Below are positions 1-9,246 of a stretch of 64,000 nucleotides of DNA, one piece after another. This stretch comes from Gloeobacterales cyanobacterium (GTDB lineage Bacteria > Cyanobacteriota > Cyanobacteriia > Gloeobacterales > PMM-0068), in contig JBBRSB010000002.1 in the NCBI GenBank assembly GCA_038245785.1, positions 256,001 to 320,000 of the forward strand. The letters are read 5' to 3'. The notes under the pieces are model-generated. The model did no database searches. It worked only from the letters and a program-made list of their open reading frames with translations, and was not told where the DNA came from. The position numbers and the translations under genes are program-made. How positions within the stretch are numbered: the stretch's first letter is position 1; each line of letters opens with the position of its first letter.

Positions 1-90
1 AATATCATAGGTTTGCAGGGCAGCCAGCACTTGAGCAGATCCGTCCTTCAAGCAAGTACGATTTTGACAAACCAGTACAGTTTTTTCCAC
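1..90 (-). CDS. Thioredoxin-like [2Fe-2S] ferredoxin, N-terminal part (runs off window start)
   Basis: Not in ORF track. GTG at 90 reads VEKTVLVCQNRTCLKDGSAQVLAALQTYDI, with the VLVCxxxxC motif of this family; in-frame TAA just upstream. Confidence 0.7.
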   Translation of the reverse strand, partial: MEKTVLVCQNRTCLKDGSAQVLAALQTYDI

Positions 91-295
91 AGCTTAGACA
101 TCACCCATATATGCCTATAGTATGAACTACCTCTAGGAGGCGGGCATATCGCGCAGGGGGAATTGCGCGAGATCGTTAAAAGCAGCGACCCGCAGGGTTT
201 CCTCTCGTCATCATTCCTTTACATACTCTTGCGCTTTAGTCCACACATCCGCTTTCTAGATTCAGTACTATGGATATAGATTCTCTGATGAACCG

Positions 296-574
296 ATGCG
301 CACTTTCTTTCTTGCTTTTGTGCTTTTGGGGTTGAGTATCGTCCCTGCTACCGCAGCAGAAAAACTTCAGCCTACTACTGTATCCCGCTCTTTTGTCTGT
401 CTAGGAGAGCAGGTCGCAGATGCTCAAGCAGCTCCAAACGTACGGACTGTGACCGCTTCTGCTGCCAATGAAGAAGATGCTAAATATAAAGCTCATTTGG
501 AAGCGACAGAGGTATGTAAAAAAGAAGGACAGCTCTACCGCTGGTCTGGAGATTGGAAGCTTGCTGGCTCCTAA
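296..574 (+). CDS. Small exported hypothetical protein
   Basis: Signal peptide MRTFFLAFVLLGLSIVPATA-A; two Cys in the mature part. Confidence 0.65.
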   Translation: MRTFFLAFVLLGLSIVPATAAEKLQPTTVSRSFVCLGEQVADAQAAPNVRTVTASAANEEDAKYKAHLEATEVCKKEGQLYRWSGDWKLAGS

Positions 575-754
575 TACACGTGCGGAAAAATCACTTAAAA
601 ATTAACGTTCGGCTCAGTAATCTAGAACAAGTAAACATACTGCAACAATCCGTAGCAGGAATGTAGGATTTATCTATAATTCTTAGTAAGGGAAAGTCCT
701 GCTTTTTCCTTGCTGGTTGATTGTAGGATTCCTCATACTTCTAAAGGTTGTGTT

Positions 755-1060
755 ATGGCCGACTTCAAAAAATACCGCTTTACATGCACACTCTCCTATG
801 GAGATATCTACGGTCAGATTATCGTTTGGTTGGGGGTAATTTTTGTAAGTTTGGCTGCTGCTCTAGCGGGTATGGGCTCCAACAACCCTATATTTGCTCT
901 AGTCACCGTAGGGCTGGTTTGGGTAGTGTCTCTACCGTTCTTGCTTTTCGCCTTTGTAACTACGCTGTTTAATCACATTGAGATTGCCACCGTAGAGGAG
1001 CAAGAGGAAGTATCAACTTCTACGGCCGTATTTTCGAGAGTGCAACCTCAGGGTGAGTGA
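755..1060 (+). CDS. Conserved cyanobacterial two-TM hypothetical protein
   Basis: ATG 755 preferred to TTG 710. YRFTCTLSYGDIYGQIIVWL...LPFLLFAFVTTLFNHIE resembles a widespread cyanobacterial membrane protein. Confidence 0.75.
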   Translation: MADFKKYRFTCTLSYGDIYGQIIVWLGVIFVSLAAALAGMGSNNPIFALVTVGLVWVVSLPFLLFAFVTTLFNHIEIATVEEQEEVSTSTAVFSRVQPQGE

Positions 1061-1149
1061 GTCGTCTCAATCTAAGCCGATCTGTTTTACTTAGGGGCGA
1101 GTCATCGGCGATGATACGCTAGTGTGAAAATTTTAGGAAATAGCGTTTC

Positions 1150-1626
1150 ATGGCAGAACTGGAACAGGCTCCGAGCGTTGTGGATGAGCCCGTCGCTTGC
1201 GACTGGCTTTTGCAAATCTTAATTAGTGTTACCAATAGTACAGGCATCCCTTGTCCTGTAACCCTCAATGTGGGCGGCCTTCTGGTGTCTGGAGAATTGG
1301 TGGGCGGTCTTCAATATTTTGAAGAATTTGCTCAGAAGATAGGTTCTGCTGTAAAAGAATCAGAACGGGAAGAAATAGAAACCATGTTCCGAGAAATGGG
1401 ACAAAGCTTTTATCCTAAAGAAAAAGCTCCAGATGCCCAACCACCACCTAATCCCCATTTTGTTCATTTAAAGAATGTAAAAATCTTCAACCCAGAAGGG
1501 CTTCCTTTTCCTTCTAACGACGGATCTTTCTGGCGTGGTCGCGTAGAAGCTGTCGATGGGTTTATGTTAGGTTCTCTGACACCCAAAATTGGCAGTATGG
1601 ATGCTGTAGAGCTTGTAGAAGACTAG
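1150..1626 (+). CDS. GvpU-like protein
   Basis: DWLLQ..VTLNVGGLLVSGELV..YF, FVHLKNVK and WRGRVEAVDGFMLG match the pattern of the GvpU-annotated family. Confidence 0.6.
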   Translation: MAELEQAPSVVDEPVACDWLLQILISVTNSTGIPCPVTLNVGGLLVSGELVGGLQYFEEFAQKIGSAVKESEREEIETMFREMGQSFYPKEKAPDAQPPPNPHFVHLKNVKIFNPEGLPFPSNDGSFWRGRVEAVDGFMLGSLTPKIGSMDAVELVED

Positions 1627-1659
1627 TCCAGAAATCGAAACCAGCTGAATCAGAACTTT

Positions 1660-2835
1660 CTATCGCTCAGACCATAAGTGATCAAATTCCTGTCCAAACC
1701 TTTGGCTCATTGCTTTGTTGTTATGGACAATTAACAGATTCTCATCATTGCGGGTGTTAGCCCCGTTGGAGAAATTAAAAGAGCCAAAAGCTACGGTAGG
1801 AGTATCGCTATCTCGGTCAATCAGCATTACTTTGTGATGCATCATATAGAGATTAGTATCTTCCCGCATATCTGCTCCCAAAGAAGATAAACGCAAAAAA
1901 CTAGAATACGTAGAGTTCTGCTTTTTTTCAAAGATTCCACGGACAGCCACGCCTTGGGCCATATCCTGCTGTAGTATTTTTTCAAGAGCTTTGGCCGTGA
2001 AGCTAAAGGCCAAAATGTCTACCGAATATTTTGCTTCCGCTAAAGTATTTTCCAAAGCAGTAAGCGGTTGGTCTTCTGGACTAAAGTAGGTTTCAAGGAT
2101 AGTGCCATCTTTGAGTTGTATTTTGGGATAAGGCGTTTGGGGCACCTTCATCGGACCAAATTTACCAGACCAAAGTTGTTCAAATTCGATCTGATAGTTA
2201 TCGATAAGCTGAGCGATAGCTGGGTCTTTCTGGCTATCCCAAAAAATGAAATTGTTATTATTGCGCTGTGTACAGTTGCGGGTGAGGTTCATCGACCCCA
2301 TACCTAAGACTTCTCCATCAATAATCAAAAATTTGTCATGCATCAATCCTCTATTCTCTTCCCCATCATCTTCTACTGGAATTCCTTGTTGTTCTAGATT
2401 TTGCAACAGGGCTTTCTGACGATTGCTATGTTCTGTGACAATGCGTATCTGGACTCCTCTGTACTTAGCCTGGCTAATCGCTTCAGCGATGGTCTGATTA
2501 TTCAATTCATAAGCTGCTATATCTAGACTAACTTTTGCCTGATTAATATGTTGAGCAACAGTCTCTCCGATTGGATCTAAACTGTCATTTTGACTGGTTT
2601 TATTGGGGTCGGTGAATAATAAAGTATAGAGTTGATTATTGTTTGACTGAGTAGCTTGAGAACTATTAGTTTGAGTACATCCACTCAATAGCCCAGACAG
2701 GCCAATGGCTAAAAGTGCTCCCAGAACGAGACGGTGCTGAGGGAAATTAAAAAGCTGAAAAAAGGATAGCCAGATTTTCCCCTCGCGATCTTTAACTTGT
2801 TGATTTCTCACTCCTGCTTCTCTGGGAAGAACCAA
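1660..2835 (-). CDS. Phospholipase D-family (two HKD motifs) lipoprotein, possibly a nuclease
   Basis: HDKFLIID...GSMN and HHKVMLID...GSFN; lipobox LSGC. Start codon uncertain. Confidence 0.85.
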   Translation of the reverse strand: MVLPREAGVRNQQVKDREGKIWLSFFQLFNFPQHRLVLGALLAIGLSGLLSGCTQTNSSQATQSNNNQLYTLLFTDPNKTSQNDSLDPIGETVAQHINQAKVSLDIAAYELNNQTIAEAISQAKYRGVQIRIVTEHSNRQKALLQNLEQQGIPVEDDGEENRGLMHDKFLIIDGEVLGMGSMNLTRNCTQRNNNNFIFWDSQKDPAIAQLIDNYQIEFEQLWSGKFGPMKVPQTPYPKIQLKDGTILETYFSPEDQPLTALENTLAEAKYSVDILAFSFTAKALEKILQQDMAQGVAVRGIFEKKQNSTYSSFLRLSSLGADMREDTNLYMMHHKVMLIDRDSDTPTVAFGSFNFSNGANTRNDENLLIVHNNKAMSQRFGQEFDHLWSER

Positions 2836-2931
2836 GATCCAATGTTCCCTCCGCAGGGATTAATTTACCATTTCTGAGGTTTAGGAGCCTTCGCTGGTGC
2901 AGGTGCTGGCACGGGTACTATAGGGTCCAGA

Positions 2932-3765
2932 TTATTGGGGTTTCTGTCGAGATTGTTGCACTTGTTGGATCTGTTGTGCTGGTGGGGTCTGCGGTATTGG
3001 AGAAGCGGCTGTCTCCGCTTTTGAAAATTCTTTAAATGCTTCAGTATATTGTGCAGCTAGCTTCTGTCTTGTGACATCAGTAAAGGCGGTGGTACTCGTA
3101 AACTTGAAGCCATTAATGACTACTTCAGAGGTTTCTATAGGATACATAATGTCTTTGTTATTGTCGTTGTGGCCTAATCCCAAAGCATGACCGAGTTCAT
3201 GGGTGGCCACTAATTCGATTTCACTAGCACCTGCGGGTCCCACTTTGCGGTCTGTCTGGATACCAATAAATGGAATATAGCTGGTCGTGACTCGATTGAC
3301 GATTAATGTAATTTCAGATTTGCTAAATTGGCGAAATTTCCCTTCATCATTGCTGGACCTTAAGATAAAGGATCTTTCGAACCCAACTTGTTCTCCATTC
3401 TTATCGAGTTCCCAGCCAATCAAAACATTAGCATTGTTTTGGTCTTCAGTCTCTTGAAAAATAGGTTTGCCATTGAGACCTGTTGCATTCCAGGCTTCTA
3501 GCCCTTTGCGTATAGCTGCCTTATACTCTTCTTGTTTCTGCGCTTCTTTTTCCGGTAAGGGCTGGATAAATACTTTTAGCGGGAAAGCTTTTTCTGGCCA
3601 AGCTTTTGGCTGTTTGTAGTCCGTCCATTTAGTTTCTCTAGGAGCTTCTTGATAACTTTTGGGCGCTGCAAGCAGTGAGGACGAACTGAGTAAACTGGTT
3701 AAGATGATAGACAGAAGAACGGTCATCAGCGGCTTTTCCCTGTTCAAGTAAATCCGGTGAGTCAT
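2932..3765 (-). CDS. Secreted matrixin (M10-like) zinc metalloprotease, copy 1; tail shortened by a frameshift
   Basis: HELGHALGLGH zinc motif, Met-turn DIMYP, signal peptide. A paralogue-like tail continues in another frame to 2865. Confidence 0.85.
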   Translation of the reverse strand: MTHRIYLNREKPLMTVLLSIILTSLLSSSSLLAAPKSYQEAPRETKWTDYKQPKAWPEKAFPLKVFIQPLPEKEAQKQEEYKAAIRKGLEAWNATGLNGKPIFQETEDQNNANVLIGWELDKNGEQVGFERSFILRSSNDEGKFRQFSKSEITLIVNRVTTSYIPFIGIQTDRKVGPAGASEIELVATHELGHALGLGHNDNNKDIMYPIETSEVVINGFKFTSTTAFTDVTRQKLAAQYTEAFKEFSKAETAASPIPQTPPAQQIQQVQQSRQKPQ

Positions 3766-3836
3766 TAGTGCATCCTGTATTCATTCATAGGTTCTAAGTT
3801 TAGTATGGCTAGGTAGCAATTCCCTTAAAATCAATC

Positions 3837-3950
3837 ATAGAAGAGATTTACGCGGATATGAAGGGAATTAAAACTGGCTAGATACGTCGCCTGATTCATG
3901 TATCTCGTTGTTCTCTAACTCGTTGATCTACAACGATTTTTCCTAACAAC
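3837..3950 (+). pseudogene. hflX: Decayed copy of the hflX 5' end
   Basis: Reads IEEIYADMKGIKTG*IRRLIH, aligning to hflX 5701+ IEKIYGDIKGIKNDQVRRLSH. Right boundary approximate. Confidence 0.75.
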
Positions 3951-4060
3951 TCAATATGATGAGTATAAAAGCTCGAGATGGCTCAGTTCGTTTAGCTTAA
4001 TTGATTGCTTTAAACATCAGGATTACAATATCCAAGCTTTCCTAAAAAGGCGTCACTCTA

Positions 4061-4969
4061 CTACTTTTGTCGCTTAGCAGCTTTCGTCGATATCGGTATT
4101 TGCATAGGTATGATCGGGACTAGCTTACTGGGTTTTGCTTGGGGCTTCTTTTGAGCCGCTGGGACTTGTTGGATCTGTGATGCTGATGGAGCCTGAGGTG
4201 CAGGAGAAGTAGCTGTCACGGCTCGCAAAGAATCTTGGAGGGCTTCATCATAGTGGGCGGCTAGCTTTTGTCTTGTGACATCCGTAAAAGTCGTAGTGTT
4301 TGTAAACTTGAAACCACTAATAACGACTTCAGAGGTTTCTGCGGGATACATAATATCTTTGCTGTTGTCGTTGTGACCCAATCCTAAAGTATGACCGAGT
4401 TCATGGGTGGCCACTATTTCGATTTCACCGGCGCCTGCGGACCCCACAGTACGGTCTGTCTGGAAACCAATAAAAGGAACGTAGTTGGTCGTGACACGAT
4501 TGACAATCAAAGTGATTTCAGACCTGTTAAACCTGCGAAACTTCTCATTGCTATTGATAGGTCTTATAGTGAAGGATCGTTCAAATCCAACTCGTTCTCC
4601 ATCTACATCTAGCGCCCAACCAATCAAAACATTAGCGTTGTTTTGGTCTTCAGTCTCTTGAAAGATAGGTTTACCATTGAGACCTGTTGCATTCCAGGCT
4701 TCCATTCCCTTGCGTATGGCTGCTTTGTATTCTTCTTGCTTTTGTGCTGCTTTTTCTGGTAAGGGTTGAATAAATACTTTTAAGGGAAAAGCTGTTTCTG
4801 GCCATGCTTTGGGTTCTTTATACTCCGTCCACTTAGTCTCTTTAGAACCTTCCTGATGACTTTTGGGGGCTGCAAGCAGTGAGGATGTACTGAGCAAACT
4901 GGTAAAGCCGATGGACAGAAGAGCAGTTATCAGCGGTTTTTTCCAGTCCAGGCTAATCCAGTGAATCAT
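4061..4969 (-). CDS. Secreted matrixin (M10-like) zinc metalloprotease, copy 2
   Basis: HELGHTLGLGH, DIMYP; closely similar to copy 1. ATG 4969 is the start position shared by the three paralogues. Confidence 0.87.
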   Translation of the reverse strand: MIHWISLDWKKPLITALLSIGFTSLLSTSSLLAAPKSHQEGSKETKWTEYKEPKAWPETAFPLKVFIQPLPEKAAQKQEEYKAAIRKGMEAWNATGLNGKPIFQETEDQNNANVLIGWALDVDGERVGFERSFTIRPINSNEKFRRFNRSEITLIVNRVTTNYVPFIGFQTDRTVGSAGAGEIEIVATHELGHTLGLGHNDNSKDIMYPAETSEVVISGFKFTNTTTFTDVTRQKLAAHYDEALQDSLRAVTATSPAPQAPSASQIQQVPAAQKKPQAKPSKLVPIIPMQIPISTKAAKRQK

Positions 4970-5041
4970 AGGTAGCACCCTGCATGCCTTTACGAGTTCT
5001 TAATCTATTATGACTATGTAGAGATTCCCTTGGAACAAGCC

Positions 5042-5205
5042 GTAGAAAAGCTTTACAGGCATACTATAAGGGAGTCAAAAATGACCAGTTGTATCTTCTA
5101 AGACATCTGTATTGCCACACCCTTCCTGGTGATATATGTACAGCTTCAGAAGTCCAGCGTCTTGCGGCGCTGAACACACAGCGCAAGGTGCCTCTCTGTG
5201 TTTAT
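5042..5205 (+). pseudogene. hflX: Second decayed copy of the hflX 5' end
   Basis: VEKLY..KGVKNDQL..LRHLY..TLPGDI..QRLAAL...KVPLCVY, with frameshifts, aligns to the hflX N-terminus. Confidence 0.8.
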
Positions 5206-5214
5206 TCCAATCTG

Positions 5215-5337
5215 CAGCCTAGCCTGCGCTACGAGAAACTAAGAGTCTGAAAAAGAGGCTTGTCCGACTTTCTTCCTGCGACCGATTAATTTCTCTGGAA
5301 AGAACCAAGATCTAATGTTCCCTGGGCAGACGTCAAC
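5215..5337 (-). pseudogene. Decayed copy of the PLD gene 5' end and its upstream spacer
   Basis: 5291-5349 ttctctggaaagaaccaagatctaatgttccct...ttaccatttctg matches 2818-2876; weaker similarity continues to about 5215. Confidence 0.65.
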
Positions 5338-5628
5338 TTACCATTTCTGGTGCTTAAAAGTTTTTACGGGAGGGGTCTGTGCCGATGCGTCCGGTTTTGC
5401 TTGAGACTCCTGTTGCGTCTGAGGTACTTGTTCAACTGGTGGCACTTGTTGAACTGGTTGAGTTGCTGGAGTTTGTTGTGCCTGTGGTAATTGTTGTACT
5501 TTTTGAGCCTCTTTATAGCCTTTGGATGCGGCAAATGAGGGGACCATACTGAGTGCACTGGTCAAGCTGATAGATAGCAGACTGCTCAACAGAAATGTTT
5601 TCCAATCCACGTTCCACCGACGAATCAT
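5338..5628 (-). CDS. Matrixin paralogue 3 lacking the catalytic domain (signal peptide + Q/P-rich tail)
   Basis: N-terminus and C-terminal QKW* homologous to copies 1 and 2; no HExxH. Confidence 0.7.
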   Translation of the reverse strand: MIRRWNVDWKTFLLSSLLSISLTSALSMVPSFAASKGYKEAQKVQQLPQAQQTPATQPVQQVPPVEQVPQTQQESQAKPDASAQTPPVKTFKHQKW

Positions 5629-5700
5629 AGGAAGCACCCTGTATTTTTTATTAGGTTCTTAGACTAGTATGGCTATGTAGAGGTTCCGTTAGAATAAGCC

Positions 5701-7419
5701 ATAGAAAAGATTTACGGGGATATTAAGGGAATTAAAAACGACCAGGTGCGCCGTCTGAGCCATCTGTATCGCCGCTCCCTTCCGGCTGATGTATTTACAA
5801 CTCCAGAATTTGCCCAGCGCCTTGCAGCGCTGAGTGCGGAGCTTAAGGTGCCTCTGTGCGTCTATGTTAATCGTCGGGGACAGATTGTTAAAGTGGCCGT
5901 GGGCACCCCTCACCAGACCCAATTTGCACCCCATGAGCTGCCTCGACAAGGGGCCGAACGACTCTCTGGCCTGCGCTGCCTTTCTACGCAGCTGCATACG
6001 GGCGAACCTCCAAAGTCAGCGCTAACTGCGCTTGCGATGCAACGTTTGGATGCGCTGGTCAGTCTGAGCGTCTCTTCGGAAGGACGTAAGCGTACCAGTG
6101 CGGCTCCTACAGGCTTTGTGCAGGAGGTATATCTGGCGCATTTGGTGGCAGACCCGATGCGCTGGTCCGTGGCTAGCGTGGACTCTCTGAACGAGTTGTC
6201 AGCCCAAGACCTAGAGACCTTTATTCGAGATTTAGAAACCGCTTTTGCCGCTCAAGATGCCCTAAGAGCAGTGGATAGGGACCTGGAGAGAGCACTGCTC
6301 GTCGGCGTATTCTCTCCCGAGATCCAAGAACAAGCCCTGCTGGATGAAATGGCGGAACTGGAAGAGTTGGTCCGAAGCGCTGGTGGGCAAGTCCTCGATA
6401 GTTTTTGGCAAAAAAGAGAACGGCCCCATCCGGCTACTTTTATTGGCGAAGGGAAAGTAACGGAGGTCGCCTTGGCGGCTCAGGAACAGGGGGCCAACCT
6501 GATTATTTTTGGCAAGGACCTCACCCCTTCCCAAGGCCGCAACTTAGAAAGCGCCATTGGCGTTCGGGTAGTAGACCGTACACAGTTAATTTTGGATATT
6601 TTTGCCCGTAGAGCTCGCTCTCACGAGGGTAAGCTCCAGGTCGAGTTGGCCCAGATGGAATATCTACTCCCCCGGCTATCCGGAAGTGGACTAGGATTAT
6701 CTCGTCTAGGTGGCGGTATTGGTACCCGTGGACCTGGAGAAACCAAGCTAGAAACTGACCGACGAGCTATTCGTGGGCGGATTGCCAAACTGGAACAGCA
6801 GGTTACGCGACTACAAGCACACCGCAGTCGTCTAAGACATCGTCGTCAAGGGAAAGACCTCCCCGTTTTCGCTTTGGTTGGTTATACCAACGCGGGGAAA
6901 TCAACTTTGCTTAATCGGCTAACAGAATCAGAAGTATACGTAGCGGACCAACTGTTTGCCACCCTAGATCCTACGACGCGTCGTCTGGACCTCAAGCAGG
7001 AAAGGAGGGTCACGACGGTACTGCTCACCGATACGGTAGGCTTTGTTCATGACTTGCCCAAGCCTCTAGTTAATGCCTTTCGCGCCACTCTAGAGGAAGT
7101 TACAGAGGCAGATTTCCTGCTGCATGTAGTAGATCTTTCCAATCCTTCTTGGCCACAGCATATCGAAGCGGTGGAATTGATTCTCTCCCAGATGCCTGTG
7201 GTCTGCGGCCCTACCCAATTAATCTTTAATAAGGTGGATTTGGTGGCCCCTCAAGAACTAAGTCTTGCTCTGGAAGCTTATCCCCAAGCTGTCTTTGTCT
7301 CTGCTGCGACAGGAACAGGCATTTCCAAACTACAGAAGGCCTTAATCAGCTGGGCACAGACAGAAACAGAATATGTCAGCGTTCCAGATACTCTCCTAGA
7401 AGCCGTTTTTCCTTCATAG
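5701..7419 (+). CDS. hflX: Ribosome-splitting GTPase HflX, long cyanobacterial form; probable ATA start
   Basis: GYTNAGKS, DQLFATLDPT, DTVGF, NKVD, GIGTRGPGETKLE. Conserved-looking N-terminus begins at ATA 5701; TAA in frame at 5695. Confidence 0.95.
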   Translation: MEKIYGDIKGIKNDQVRRLSHLYRRSLPADVFTTPEFAQRLAALSAELKVPLCVYVNRRGQIVKVAVGTPHQTQFAPHELPRQGAERLSGLRCLSTQLHTGEPPKSALTALAMQRLDALVSLSVSSEGRKRTSAAPTGFVQEVYLAHLVADPMRWSVASVDSLNELSAQDLETFIRDLETAFAAQDALRAVDRDLERALLVGVFSPEIQEQALLDEMAELEELVRSAGGQVLDSFWQKRERPHPATFIGEGKVTEVALAAQEQGANLIIFGKDLTPSQGRNLESAIGVRVVDRTQLILDIFARRARSHEGKLQVELAQMEYLLPRLSGSGLGLSRLGGGIGTRGPGETKLETDRRAIRGRIAKLEQQVTRLQAHRSRLRHRRQGKDLPVFALVGYTNAGKSTLLNRLTESEVYVADQLFATLDPTTRRLDLKQERRVTTVLLTDTVGFVHDLPKPLVNAFRATLEEVTEADFLLHVVDLSNPSWPQHIEAVELILSQMPVVCGPTQLIFNKVDLVAPQELSLALEAYPQAVFVSAATGTGISKLQKALISWAQTETEYVSVPDTLLEAVFPS

Positions 7420-7529
7420 TCAAAAGTTGCGCCTATAAAAACACCTAATTTGGAGCTTTCCAAACTAGGTGCCAGTGCATTAACTTTCTTAAGGGAATTA
7501 TTTTTGAGTTAGTTAGCGGCCGAAGCGGG

Positions 7530-7928
7530 CTAAGCAACTTCTTGAATGGCCTCAGCCTCTGATTTGCAAATGGTGAACTTGGCATCAATACCTGCTGCGA
7601 TTAGAGCTTCCTTAACTTCAGCGCACAGACCAAACAGGGTTAGTATTCTGCCAAAGGCATGACTCATCCGCAACGCCGTATTCAGAACGCGAACTCCATC
7701 ACTATCGATAGAGGTAACATTCGTAAAGTCAATAATCAGATTAATCTTCTTACGGGCAATGCTGCCTAATATCTTCTCTTCAATGATGCGGCTAGCCTTA
7801 TGCGTAATTGTACCTTTTAGTCTAATCACATCTCGAGGGGAGCTATAGGTATAATTGCCGTTTTTGAGAAAGTTCACTTGTCTGAACTGAAGAACTTTTG
7901 CTCTTGGTTTTTCAAATGACATCACCAT
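7530..7928 (-). CDS. STAS-domain anti-anti-sigma factor-like protein
   Basis: VIRLKGTI, LIIDFTNVTSIDSDG, SEAEAI STAS pattern. Confidence 0.8.
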   Translation of the reverse strand: MVMSFEKPRAKVLQFRQVNFLKNGNYTYSSPRDVIRLKGTITHKASRIIEEKILGSIARKKINLIIDFTNVTSIDSDGVRVLNTALRMSHAFGRILTLFGLCAEVKEALIAAGIDAKFTICKSEAEAIQEVA

Positions 7929-8144
7929 GGCGTTCCTTGCGGTGCTCTTACTTAAAGCTTACATCCTAACTATAAATTCAACGTTAAGATATCGCATCAG
8001 TGTGCACACGGGAAGTAAAACACTTGTCATCTCAGTGATATTAGCGGGTTGTAGGATGTTAGATTGGCCTTGGTTTTGGGTAGCGCTGCATGTTAACATG
8101 AATAAGCTCTTTTCCCATCCTGAATTAGGTTCAGCGTTTATCTT

Positions 8145-9242
8145 ATGCTCCGTGCTGGAATTGTCGGTTTACCCAACGTGGGCAAATCCACCCTATTTAA
8201 CGCCATCGCAGACAATGCGAAAGCTGAGGCGGCTAATTTCCCCTTCTGTACCATTGAACCGAATACGGGCTTGGTATCCGTCCCAGATGAGCGGATGGAG
8301 AAGCTTCAGAAGATTGTGAATACGAAAGTAGTAATTCCTACCCGTATTGAATTTGTGGACATTGCAGGTTTGGTCCGGGGAGCTTCCCAAGGAGAAGGAC
8401 TTGGCAACCAATTCCTTTCCCATATCAGGCAAGTGGATGCGATCGTCCACGTCGTGCGCTGCTTTGAAGACCCGAATATTACCCATGTGGAGGGTTCTAT
8501 CGATCCGGAGCGAGACATTAGCACCATCAATCTGGAATTAGCCCTGTCCGACCTTGCTCAGATAGAAAAGCGTCAGCAGAAAATTGCGAAACAAGCCCGC
8601 ACCGAAAAAGTCTATCAAGAAGAGCTGAAGGTTCTAGAACGCCTGACAGAAGCGTTAGACCAAGGGATTCCCGCTCGCCTGGTGACCCTTGCGCTAGAGG
8701 AGCAGGAGCTGATCGACAACAGCAATCTAGGATTGCTGACCAGTAAGCCTGTAATCTACGCCACCAATGTCAGTGAGACAGACTTAGCCACGGGCAATGC
8801 CTTTGTCCAGAAGGTCAAGGCTATCGCAGAGAAAGAGCATGCAGGCGTAGTCGTCATGTCTGCGCAGGTTGAATCAGAATTGGTTGAATTGCCTCCAGAG
8901 GATAGAACAGATTTCCTGGCCTCGCTCGGCGTTGAAGAAGGAGGTCTGCAGTCCCTGATCAGAGCCACCTACAGTCTGTTGGAATTGATTACCTACTTCA
9001 CGGCAGGAGAAAAAGAAGTACGGGCCTGGACTATACGCAGAGGGACTCTTGCTCCCCAAGCGGCAGGCGTCATTCACTCAGACTTTGAAAAAGGGTTTAT
9101 CCGCTCCGAAACCATTTCCTATGAAGACTTGGTCACGGCAGGCTCCTATGCTGCCGCCCGCGAAAAAGGAACCTATCGCTCTGAAGGCAAAGAATACCTG
9201 GTGAAAGACGGAGATGTCCTCCACTTCCGCTTCAACGTTTAG
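8145..9242 (+). CDS. ychF: Ribosome-binding ATPase YchF
   Basis: GIVGLPNVGKSTLFN, ANFPFCTIEPN, DIAGLV, C-terminal TGS end HFRFNV. Confidence 0.97.
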   Translation: MLRAGIVGLPNVGKSTLFNAIADNAKAEAANFPFCTIEPNTGLVSVPDERMEKLQKIVNTKVVIPTRIEFVDIAGLVRGASQGEGLGNQFLSHIRQVDAIVHVVRCFEDPNITHVEGSIDPERDISTINLELALSDLAQIEKRQQKIAKQARTEKVYQEELKVLERLTEALDQGIPARLVTLALEEQELIDNSNLGLLTSKPVIYATNVSETDLATGNAFVQKVKAIAEKEHAGVVVMSAQVESELVELPPEDRTDFLASLGVEEGGLQSLIRATYSLLELITYFTAGEKEVRAWTIRRGTLAPQAAGVIHSDFEKGFIRSETISYEDLVTAGSYAAAREKGTYRSEGKEYLVKDGDVLHFRFNV

Positions 9243-9246
9243 GCCA

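Noticed and set aside
7927..8319. 130-aa ORF overlapping ychF
   Set aside because: Out-of-frame overlap with a conserved gene; composition not protein-like.
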